Source: a virus
Lineage: Duplodnaviria > Heunggongvirae > Uroviricota > Caudoviricetes
Reading direction: 5' to 3' (one strand)
DNA: 9,095 nucleotides
Virus record (IMG/VR): IMGVR_UViG_2534681655_000016
The number at the start of each line of letters is the position of its first letter. The stretch's first letter is position 1. The translations under genes were made by a program, and so were the position numbers. Of the stretch, positions 1-7,271 are shown in pieces. The notes below the pieces were generated by a model. The model ran no database searches. It had not been told where the DNA came from and worked only from the letters and a program-made list of their open reading frames with translations.

Positions 1-48
1 TTGTACTGCACCCATTTTGTTGGACGATGAAATGGAATAGCCCCTAAT

Positions 49-570
49 ATGTCAAAGCCAAAATACCCTTTTGAAAAGCGCCTTGAAGTCGTGAATCACT
101 ACTTCACAACTGATGATGGTTACAGGATCATCTCGGCACGTTTTGGTGTCCCCCGAACCCAGGTCAGGACATGGGTTGCCCTCTATGAAAAACATGGAGA
201 AAAAGGTTTAATTCCCAAACCTAAAGGCGTTAGTGCTGATCCAGAGTTGCGTATTAAGGTCGTGAAAGCTGTGATCGAGCAGCACATGTCCCTTAATCAG
301 GCTGCTGCTCACTTTATGCTTGCTGGTAGTGGTTCTGTAGCCAGGTGGCTGAAGGTCTATGAAGAGCGCGGAGAAGCTGGTTTACGCGCGCTCAAGATTG
401 GCACCAAAAGAAACATTGCAATATCAGTTGATCCAGAAAAAGCGGCATCAGCATTGGAGCTGTCAAAAGACCGACGCATTGAGGATCTTGAAAGGCAAGT
501 TCGATTTCTTGAAACGCGGCTTATGTATCTAAAAAAGCTGAAAGCCTTAGCTCATCCCACGAAAAAGTGA
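49..570 (+). CDS. insJ: IS150 transposase OrfA (InsJ), helix-turn-helix DNA-binding protein
   Basis: 173-aa ORF starting at ATG 49. The translation MSKPKYPFEKRLEVVNHYF... matches recalled IS150 InsJ. It ends in the TGA at 568..570, overlapping the orfB start. Confidence 0.9.
   Translation: MSKPKYPFEKRLEVVNHYFTTDDGYRIISARFGVPRTQVRTWVALYEKHGEKGLIPKPKGVSADPELRIKVVKAVIEQHMSLNQAAAHFMLAGSGSVARWLKVYEERGEAGLRALKIGTKRNIAISVDPEKAASALELSKDRRIEDLERQVRFLETRLMYLKKLKALAHPTKK
531..537 (+). other. Programmed -1 ribosomal frameshift slippery heptamer A-AAA-AAG (orfA to orfB fusion site)
   Basis: The sequence aaaaaag at 531..537 is phased as A AAA AAG in the insJ reading frame, near the 3' end of orfA. This is the canonical IS3-family/IS150 frameshift motif. 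Confidence 0.6.
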
Positions 571-1417
571 AAGTACTCAACGAGCTAAGGCAGTTTTATC
601 CTCTTGATGAGCTTCTCAGGGCTGCGGAGATACCGCGCAGTACGTTTTATTATCATCTAAAGGCTCTCAGCAAGCCTGACAAGTATGCGGACGTTAAAAA
701 GCGTATTAGTGAGATTTATCACGAGAATAGAGGCCGATACGGATACCGTAGGGTAACGCTGTCTCTTCATCGAGAAGGGAAACAGATTAACCATAAAGCT
801 GTTCAGCGCCTGATGGGAACCCTCTCACTTAAAGCAGCGATTAAGGTCAAGCGATACCGCTCTTACAGAGGAGAGGTAGGGCAAACCGCCCCTAATGTTC
901 TCCAAAGAGATTTCAAGGCTACGCGGCCAAACGAGAAGTGGGTTACCGATGTTACTGAATTTGCAGTCAATGGGCGCAAGCTGTATTTGTCTCCAGTAAT
1001 AGATCTCTTCAACAACGAAGTTATTTCTTACAGCCTTTCGGAAAGACCAGTGATGAACATGGTTGAGAATATGCCGATCAGGCATTCAAAAAGCTTAATC
1101 CTCACGAGCATCCTGTTCTGCACTCTGACCAGGGATGGCAGTATCGTATGAGAAGATATCAAAATATCCTTAAAGAACATGGTATTAAACAAAGCATGTC
1201 CAGAAAAGGCAATTGTCTGGATAATGCTGTGGTGGAGTGTTTCTTTGGAACCTTAAAGTCGGAGTGTTTTTATCTTGATGAGTTCAGTAATATAAGCGAA
1301 CTGAAGGATGCTGTTACGGAATATATTGAATACTACAACAGCAGAAGAATTAGCCTGAAATTAAAAGGTCTGACTCCAATTGAATATCGGAATCAGACCT
1401 ATATGCCTCGTGTTTAA
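567..1417 (+). pseudogene. insK: IS150 transposase OrfB (InsK, DDE catalytic domain), disrupted by an apparent 1-bp deletion near 1074
   Basis: The ORF track splits the expected ~283-aa protein into 567..1151 and 1148..1417. The first piece ends ...[29 protein letters not shown], while the same DNA read one frame over gives ...[30 protein letters not shown], containing the conserved HSDQG motif. This is consistent with loss of one base between atgc and cgatcagg (1071..1080). It starts at GTG 567. Confidence 0.75.
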
Positions 1418-1443
1418 CTGTCCAACTTTTTGGGGTCAGTACA

Positions 1444-2385
1444 CTGGAAGGCTTTCATCCAGAAACAGTCAAAGTGGAAAACATGCAGCGGCAGATTGCG
1501 TTCCGCCATACCATCGATAAAGCTGTTTACCGTCGCTTCGTCGTAGTTGGTGGTAAATGAAGTGGTTAGCCACAGGCCGAAGGACCACGCGGGCGGCAGC
1601 GCCGGACGACCAGTAAAGCGGGTATAACGATCAAGTACCGCTTTCGGCGTCGGGCCGTCGATAACAAAGTATTCGAGATATTCACTCTCAACGCTGAACT
1701 GCACTTTGGAGACTTTCTCCGATCCCACTTCAAAAGAGACACACTGGGGATGATTGACCAGTACCCCATAACCACGGTTAGTCATGTAGAACGGGATATT
1801 TTTATACGCCTGTTCAGTACTTGTGCCGCCGTCCCGGTTCCAGGTCTCTACCGTCTGGCCATTGCGCACCAGGGCAGTAAAGCGCTCTCCCAGACCGTAA
1901 ACTGTTTCGCCAACGCCAAGATCAAGCCGCTCAAACATATAATTGCGTTGATTATTCGTGTCCTGCACGTAGCCATTATTTTTCACCTGACTACCGGTAA
2001 TACGTTCGCCGTTGCGCAGAAAATCCAGTGACCAGAACTCACCTTTGCTGACACGCGCGCTTAAGTTGCCACTTTTAAACTCAGCATAACGTTCTGTGTT
2101 TTCGATTGTGACCTTCACGTCCTGCAAAATATTGAGCGGGTAATGAGGACCGTTATTCAGCGCCCCCTGAAAATGCTCAATCCGCACACCGACAATACCT
2201 TCCTGTGGGGAGAAAAAGCGCAGCGTAAATAAAGGCGTGTCAAGCTGCCAGGTACGTTCACGTACATCACGGGGGGCAGCATAGACCACCATTTCATTAT
2301 CCTGCTGTTCAACCTCGAACACCTGAAGCGGGTGAATCAAATTGAGGCCAGGTTGAATCAACCAGTTTCCATCGCTAATTTTCAT
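1444..2385 (-). pseudogene. yicI: 5' fragment of alpha-xylosidase gene yicI (glycoside hydrolase family 31), truncated by the IS150 insertion
   Basis: The minus-strand ORF starts at ATG 2385 ([25 protein letters not shown]...) and matches the YicI N-terminus. After about 314 native codons the frame crosses the IS150 right end at 1443/1444 and terminates inside the IS (tail CTDPKKLDS*). Full-length YicI is about 772 aa, so the C-terminal part including the catalytic region is missing here. Confidence 0.85.
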
Positions 2386-2394
2386 TGCCGTTCC

Positions 2395-3777
2395 TTAGTT
2401 CTGCACTTCTTGAGAGGTGAATTGTTGCTGGCAACGGCGTTTACCCTGAGCCAGCTGTTCCATAACGGTTTTCAGATTGTGCGTCGTGAGTGAGTAGTAG
2501 CGTTTAGCGATAATCGCGCTCAGCAAATAACAGATCGCCGGAACAATCGTGAATAGCGCAATAATGATGCTAATCGTGGCGCTGTTCTGCGCTTTTTCTG
2601 CCGCATCATATCCGCCATAAGCCAGCATCCAGCCGATAAGAGCGCCGCCGAAGGCCAACCCCAGTTTGAGCACAAACAGCGTGCCAGCAAAACTGATCCC
2701 GGTCAGGCGTTTACCATTGCACCACTCGCCGTAGTCGACGGTATCGGACATCATTACCCACTGGATAGGTGTCACCAGTTGATGCAACACACCAATCACG
2801 AAGATGAAGACAAACATAGTGATGCTGGCCTGCATGGGAACAAAGAACATCGCGAGGCTAATCACTGCCAGCAGGGCGTTCGTCCACCAGAAGATAGTGA
2901 CTTTACATTTCCAGTCGGTCAGAGGTTTTGCCAGTGCGGAACCAATCAGGTTACCCACGCAATAAGTGGTGAGAAAAGCGACAAACACTTCCGGCGTGCC
3001 CAAAATCCATGTGACGTAATACATCATCGCCCCACCGCGTACGCACACCGCCAGGATATTGAAAATGGTTAGTAAACCGACAATCCGCCACTGGTCGTTT
3101 TGCCAGATATCACGTAAATCTTCCCGCATAGACGTTGTTGTAGGTGGTGCTTCAACGCGTTCTTTAGTGGTGAAGAAACAAAATGCCAGCATCATGAATG
3201 CCACCACGGAAAGGACCGCGATACCGCCCTGGAAACCGAGTGGTTTATTATCACCGCCAATTAAATTAACCAGTGGCATCATCAGAACAGTAGAAAGCAT
3301 GCCTCCCGCGGTCGCCAGCACAAAACGCCAGGATTGCAGCGAGATACGCTGAGTCGGGTCATTGGTGATTACACCACCCAATGCGCAGTAAGGGATATTG
3401 ACGACGGTATAAAGTAAGGTAAGTAGGGTGTAAGTAATTGCTGCATAGATCATTTTGCCGTTCATACTGAGATCTGGCGTGCTATAGGCCAGTACACAGA
3501 CGATCCCGAATGGCAGTGCGCCAAACAGTACCCACGGACGAAATTTACCCCAGCGAGAGCGCGTTCGATCGGCCAACAACCCCATGCAAGGATCGGAAAT
3601 CGCATCCAGTGCACGAGCGACCAAAAACATGGTTCCGACAAAACCGGCAGGAATGCCAAAAATATCGGTATAAAAGAACATCATATATAACATTACGTTA
3701 TCGAAAATAATGTGGCTGGCGGCGTCTCCCATGCCATAACCAATTTTCTCTTTAACGGACAACACTTCACTCTTCAT
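2395..3777 (-). CDS. yicJ: Sugar (glycoside-pentoside-hexuronide family):cation symporter, YicJ
   Basis: Long hydrophobic multi-TM ORF whose translation from MKSEVLSVKEKIGYGMGDAASHIIF... matches YicJ (460 aa). I chose ATG 3777, which has a GAGGAA ribosome-binding site 6-8 nt upstream, over the ORF-track start at 3834. Its stop lies 9 bp upstream of the yicI start, giving operon arrangement yicJ-yicI. Confidence 0.9.
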   Translation of the reverse strand: MKSEVLSVKEKIGYGMGDAASHIIFDNVMLYMMFFYTDIFGIPAGFVGTMFLVARALDAISDPCMGLLADRTRSRWGKFRPWVLFGALPFGIVCVLAYSTPDLSMNGKMIYAAITYTLLTLLYTVVNIPYCALGGVITNDPTQRISLQSWRFVLATAGGMLSTVLMMPLVNLIGGDNKPLGFQGGIAVLSVVAFMMLAFCFFTTKERVEAPPTTTSMREDLRDIWQNDQWRIVGLLTIFNILAVCVRGGAMMYYVTWILGTPEVFVAFLTTYCVGNLIGSALAKPLTDWKCKVTIFWWTNALLAVISLAMFFVPMQASITMFVFIFVIGVLHQLVTPIQWVMMSDTVDYGEWCNGKRLTGISFAGTLFVLKLGLAFGGALIGWMLAYGGYDAAEKAQNSATISIIIALFTIVPAICYLLSAIIAKRYYSLTTHNLKTVMEQLAQGKRRCQQQFTSQEVQN

Positions 3778-4032
3778 CTGCTTTTCCTCGATGCTATAGG
3801 GGTGCTGAGACCGATAACGCATTTTGTAAACCATCCCTGTGAGAGCGAATATTCCGATATCTGGTTATTAATTTATGATTCTTGTTTTATGTGATCGTGG
3901 TAGCGTTAATTCCGCTCATATATCATTGTAAAATATGGGTTTTATATGAACTATAATGCTTTCGTGATAATACGCTGCGTGTATTAGGCGGAAAAAACTG
4001 ATCTGGGGGATGTAGAAACTCAAGGAAGTAGC

Positions 4033-4038
4033 TATAAT
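4033..4038 (+). promoter_or_regulatory. Putative -10 element (TATAAT) of the selC promoter
   Basis: Perfect TATAAT hexamer about 32 nt upstream of the mature tRNA 5' end. No strong -35 element is evident, so this is tentative. Confidence 0.35.
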
Positions 4039-4069
4039 GCGCCCCGCCTCCATGTAGCAATCGAGGCGC

Positions 4070-4164
4070 GGAAGATCGTCGTCTCCGGTGAGGCGGCTGG
4101 ACTTCAAATCCAGTTGGGGCCGCCAGCGGTCCCGGGCAGGTTCGACTCCTGTGATCTTCCGCCA
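4070..4164 (+). tRNA. selC: tRNA-Sec (selenocysteine tRNA, anticodon UCA), 95 nt, ending in CCA
   Basis: GGAAGATCGTCGTCTCCGGTGAGGCGGCTGGACTTCAAATCCAGTTGGGGCCGCCAGCGGTCCCGGGCAGGTTCGACTCCTGTGATCTTCCGCCA matches recalled E. coli selC. It has the long extra arm typical of tRNA-Sec and the anticodon TCA at 4104..4106. Confidence 0.92.
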
Positions 4165-4326
4165 AACCTCATCCAGCCAGTTCCGAGACACTCCATAAAA
4201 TCATTTATATTCAATGCGATGAATAATCAGCTTGTCCGTAATAGTCCGAGATCATCTCCCTGAATCCGCGAAAAATATGTATAGTAATGTGTATAGATTT
4301 TTTATACGTAGTTTTCAGTTATACAC

Positions 4327-5505
4327 ATGGCCCTAACCGATATACAGATCAAACGTGCAAAACCACAAGACAAACCATACACATTAAACGATGGGCAAGG
4401 TCTGTCATTGCTTATCAATCCCGATGGCTCGAAAGGCTGGCGTTTCCGTTTCCGGTTTGCAGGGAAAGCGCGGTTAATGTCATTTGGCAGCTACGATTTA
4501 GTAAGCCTCGCAGAAGCACGTGAGAAACGCGATACGGCTCGTAAGCAGGTAGCAAACGGCATTGATCCAGTAGCAGAGCGTAAGGCTCAGAAAATTGCTC
4601 AGAAATTATCAACTGAAAACTCTTTTGAGGCCGTTAGCAGAGAATGGCATGCAGCAAAAGCAGATCGCTGGACTTTAGCTTATCGCGAAGAAATTATTAA
4701 AACATTTGAACAGGATGTTTTTCCTTTCATTGGTAAACGGCCAATAGCTGAAATTAAACCCCTAGAACTGCTTGAAGTTCTTAAACGCATAGAAAAACGT
4801 GGAGCGTTGGAGAAAACCAGAAAAGTACGTCAACGATGCGGAGAGGTGTTTCGCTACGCGATCATCACTGGCCGCGCTGAATACAATCCAGCACCTGATT
4901 TAGCTATCGCATTAGCTGTACCGAAGCAAAAACATCATCCTTTTCTATCAGCAGAAGAACTCCCTCATTTTGTCAGAGATCTTGAGGCTTACACAGGTAG
5001 CATAATCACTAAAAATGCAACTAAAATTGTGATGCTTACTGGAGTCAGGACACAGGAAATGCGTTTTGCCACTTGGGACGAAATTGATTTACAAAAAAAG
5101 GTATGGGAAATACCGGCCGAACGAATGAAAATGCGCCGACCACATCTTGTACCACTCTCCACTCAAGTAGTTGAAATTTTTCAACAACTCAAGCTAATCA
5201 CCAAAAACTATCCATATATTTTTATCGGCCGTAATAATCACACTAAGCCAATTTCTAAAGAAAGTGTATCCCAAGTAATAGAATTACTTGGCTATAAAGG
5301 AAGAGCTACGGGCCACGGATTCCGCCATACAATGTCTACTATTTTGCATGAGTACGGATTTAACAGCGAATGGATAGAGTTACAATTGGCTCATGTTGAT
5401 AAGAATAGTATTCGAGGCACTTATAATCATGCCCAATATTTAGAAAAGAGAAGTTCTATGATGCAGTGGTACAGTGATTATATCCTTAATAGAGATAAAG
5501 CATAG
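4327..5505 (+). CDS. int: P4-type tyrosine recombinase/integrase (site-specific integrase of the selC-inserted satellite)
   Basis: 392-aa ORF starting 163 bp after the selC 3' end. The N-terminus (MALTDIQIKRAKPQDKPYTLNDGQGLSLLINPDGSKGWRFRFRF...) is the arm-binding region typical of P4-like integrases. The C-terminus carries catalytic-type residues in GHGFRHT, LAHV and RGTYNH (R...H..R..Y). Confidence 0.9.
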   Translation: MALTDIQIKRAKPQDKPYTLNDGQGLSLLINPDGSKGWRFRFRFAGKARLMSFGSYDLVSLAEAREKRDTARKQVANGIDPVAERKAQKIAQKLSTENSFEAVSREWHAAKADRWTLAYREEIIKTFEQDVFPFIGKRPIAEIKPLELLEVLKRIEKRGALEKTRKVRQRCGEVFRYAIITGRAEYNPAPDLAIALAVPKQKHHPFLSAEELPHFVRDLEAYTGSIITKNATKIVMLTGVRTQEMRFATWDEIDLQKKVWEIPAERMKMRRPHLVPLSTQVVEIFQQLKLITKNYPYIFIGRNNHTKPISKESVSQVIELLGYKGRATGHGFRHTMSTILHEYGFNSEWIELQLAHVDKNSIRGTYNHAQYLEKRSSMMQWYSDYILNRDKA

Positions 5506-5560
5506 AATAATAGAAGTTAATGCTGTATACTGTAAATTAACAATATAGTAAGGATTGAAA

Positions 5561-6427
5561 ATGAAGAAGACAGTACTTATAACTGATTTAGATAACACAC
5601 TATTCGACTGGTTTAGCGTTTGGTATCATAGCTTTAATGCAATGCTAAATAAAGTCGTTGAGATTTCCGGTTTTTCTAAAGACGAGCTTATTGCACAGAT
5701 AAAACCGATTCATCAAAAATATGGTACTGCCGAATACTCTTTTATTCTAGAAAGCATACCTCTTTTACAAGAAAAATATGGTGATAGAAACTCCATCAAT
5801 TTAGTTATGGATGATGCTATACACGCTTTCAGAAGTGAGAGAAAGAAATATCTTTCTCTGTACCCAACAGTAATGGACACTTTGAGTGTATTAAAAAGTA
5901 AAGGGTGTTATATTGTCGCGTATACTGAATCCAAAGCTTATTACTCCAATTTCCGCTTAACAAGATTAGGATTAGATGGTGTGATTGATGTCCTTTTCTC
6001 TCCTGAAGATCATGAAATCCCTGATGGTGAGAAAAAACAAGATAAATATAATCTAATGCTGACAAAGCAAGAATATACACCTATTGATGAAATTAAACCA
6101 AACCCACAACTTCTTCTGGACATAATAAAATCAATTGGTGCCACACCAGAAGAGTGTGTATATATAGGTGACAGTGAAATGAAAGATATAGAAATGGCCC
6201 AAAAAGCAAACGTATCAGATGTTTTTGCAAGCTATGGAACGAATCATTTTGAAGAGAACAAGGAGGGATATGAATTACTCCGTGCGGTAACCCACTGGAC
6301 TGATGCTGATGTTGAAAGGGAAAGAAAAATTAAAGAAAATGCCTTCGGAGCAAAACCCACATATGTAGCCAAACAATTTTCAGATATTTTGTCTTTTTTT
6401 GAATTTACCAAATTTAAAGGAAAATAG
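5561..6427 (+). CDS. HAD-superfamily (haloacid dehalogenase-like) hydrolase/phosphatase, cargo gene 1 of the satellite hotspot
   Basis: All four HAD motifs are present in order: motif I LITDLDNTLFDW (DxDxT), motif II IVAYTES, motif III conserved Lys in IKPNP, motif IV GDSEMKD (GDxxxD). There is a cap-like insertion between motifs I and II. An AAGGA ribosome-binding site lies 8 nt before ATG 5561; the ORF track's TTG at 5555 is less likely. The gene is very AT-rich compared with the flanks. Confidence 0.8.
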   Translation: MKKTVLITDLDNTLFDWFSVWYHSFNAMLNKVVEISGFSKDELIAQIKPIHQKYGTAEYSFILESIPLLQEKYGDRNSINLVMDDAIHAFRSERKKYLSLYPTVMDTLSVLKSKGCYIVAYTESKAYYSNFRLTRLGLDGVIDVLFSPEDHEIPDGEKKQDKYNLMLTKQEYTPIDEIKPNPQLLLDIIKSIGATPEECVYIGDSEMKDIEMAQKANVSDVFASYGTNHFEENKEGYELLRAVTHWTDADVERERKIKENAFGAKPTYVAKQFSDILSFFEFTKFKGK

Positions 6428-6428
6428 A

Positions 6429-7061
6429 ATGAACAATCTAGAATTAAAGAAACATGATGACGCTATAAAATTAGAAAATCTCAAGTTGAAAATTGATATC
6501 TGGAAGACAGTTGTTGACGTTCAGAAACATTTTAATGATCTTGAGATGAAGGTTAGAAACTTCGGAATTTTGATCTTGTCTGCATTTATTGGTGCAATTG
6601 GTGTAAGCTTTAATTCCGGCGCTGAATTTATAGCCTTTGGCAATCATTACTCTGTTGCTGCCATTCTTGCTTTCGGGGCATCTGTTGTTTGGTTGTTATT
6701 TTATTTTGTTGACGTTTACTGGTATCACCCATTACTTCTTGGAGCTGTAAAGAAAGGTTCAGAACTCGAAAAAGAAATTGCATCCGACATCCCAGGAATT
6801 AATCTTACAGAAACCATAGGAAAAAGTAGCCCAAAAGATATTTTGCTCTGGAAAAATATGCATAGTACTGGAAAAGCTAACCTTTTCTACTTTGGGGTTT
6901 TAGCTGTTCTGTTAACTATTTTTATTTCTCTACTGTGCTTTAAATCCCCGCAAAAGACAAATCAACTAAATGAATTAAATATTAAAGCAAATTGCACTAG
7001 AAACAGTAATTACAATGGAGTTAATTGCATTATCGCATCACAGCCAAGTGACAACAAATAG
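6429..7061 (+). CDS. Small membrane protein with a charged, coiled-coil-like N-terminal domain and three predicted transmembrane helices, cargo gene 2
   Basis: ATG 6429 lies 1 nt after the HAD stop (TAG 6425..6427), with an AAGGA ribosome-binding site inside the upstream gene's 3' end, suggesting translational coupling. The protein has three hydrophobic segments: FGILILSAFIGAIGVSF, YSVAAILAFGASVVWLLFYFVDVYWY and FYFGVLAVLLTIFISLLCF. The N-terminal ~45 aa are Lys/Glu-rich. No enzymatic motif was recognised. Confidence 0.75.
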   Translation: MNNLELKKHDDAIKLENLKLKIDIWKTVVDVQKHFNDLEMKVRNFGILILSAFIGAIGVSFNSGAEFIAFGNHYSVAAILAFGASVVWLLFYFVDVYWYHPLLLGAVKKGSELEKEIASDIPGINLTETIGKSSPKDILLWKNMHSTGKANLFYFGVLAVLLTIFISLLCFKSPQKTNQLNELNIKANCTRNSNYNGVNCIIASQPSDNK

Positions 7062-7151
7062 TGCACTTTATCACTCTTTACCCCAACTGCATGTACTTAC
7101 CTTGTGAGCACAGAGACGCGCTATAAATAAACACTTTACTGCTGGCGGGCG

Positions 7152-7170
7152 GTGCTTTCCCCGCCTCGCC
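7152..7170 (-). other. cos: P2/P4-type cos site (19-nt cohesive-end sequence GGCGAGGCGGGGAAAGCAC) with flanking 7-bp inverted repeats
   Basis: The plus strand reads GTGCTTTCCCCGCCTCGCC, the exact reverse complement of the recalled P2/P4 cohesive end. It is flanked by inverted repeats GCGGGCG (7145..7151) and CGCCCGC (7171..7177). Its position downstream of psu matches the P4 genome map. Confidence 0.7.
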
Positions 7171-7271
7171 CGCCCGCTTTGCGGGGCGGTTTTAATGCAG
7201 TTGCACTGACACGCTCAGGCCGCGCCGGGAATGGCGCGGTCTGCAGAAAATGAGGCAGGAAAACGCATGCA

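Larger units (their letters stand above)
2..1443 (+). mobile_element. IS150 insertion sequence (IS3 family), about 1442 bp, apparently one base short of the canonical element
   Basis: Termini are 5'-TGTACTG...CAGTACA-3' with imperfect terminal inverted repeats (2..~28 versus ~1417..1443). It carries two overlapping transposase ORFs (orfA/orfB) typical of IS3-family elements, and the orfA product matches recalled IS150 InsJ. Whether the left end starts at base 1 or 2 is uncertain. Confidence 0.88.

Noticed and set aside
825-2031. Internal or antisense ORFs inside insK and yicI (825..1085 -, 1566..1775 -, 1750..2031 +)
   Set aside because: They are fully contained within, and out of frame or antisense to, genes with strong protein-family support.
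3778-3834. N-terminal extension of yicJ to ATG 3834 (MVYKMRYRSQHPYSIEEKQ...)
   Set aside because: The internal ATG at 3777 has a proper GAGGAA ribosome-binding site and yields the recalled 460-aa YicJ beginning MKSEVLS; the extension is probably not translated.
2779-3894. Short ORFs inside or antisense to yicJ (2779..3072, 3059..3352, 3462..3659, 3510..3710, 3712..3894)
   Set aside because: They overlap the yicJ transporter coding sequence and their translations are low-complexity with no motifs.
3916-4191. Two minus-strand ORFs (3916..4191 and 3923..4165) overlapping selC
   Set aside because: They are antisense to a well-supported tRNA-Sec gene and its promoter and have no ribosome-binding site or recognisable protein features; they are ORF-caller artefacts.
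4287-4612. ORFs 4287..4523 (+) and 4415..4612 (-) overlapping the integrase 5' region
   Set aside because: They overlap the well-supported int frame, and their products are Arg/Cys-rich nonsense typical of off-frame reads.
5555-5560. TTG start codons proposed by the ORF track for the HAD gene (5555) and the 3TM gene (6399)
   Set aside because: In-frame ATGs at 5561 and 6429 each have an AAGGA ribosome-binding site at appropriate spacing; the TTG at 6399 would also overlap the last 9 codons of the HAD gene.
5829-6080. Minus-strand ORF inside the HAD gene
   Set aside because: It is antisense to a gene with a complete HAD motif set, and its length is readily explained by the low frequency of stop codons on the antisense strand of this AT-rich stretch.
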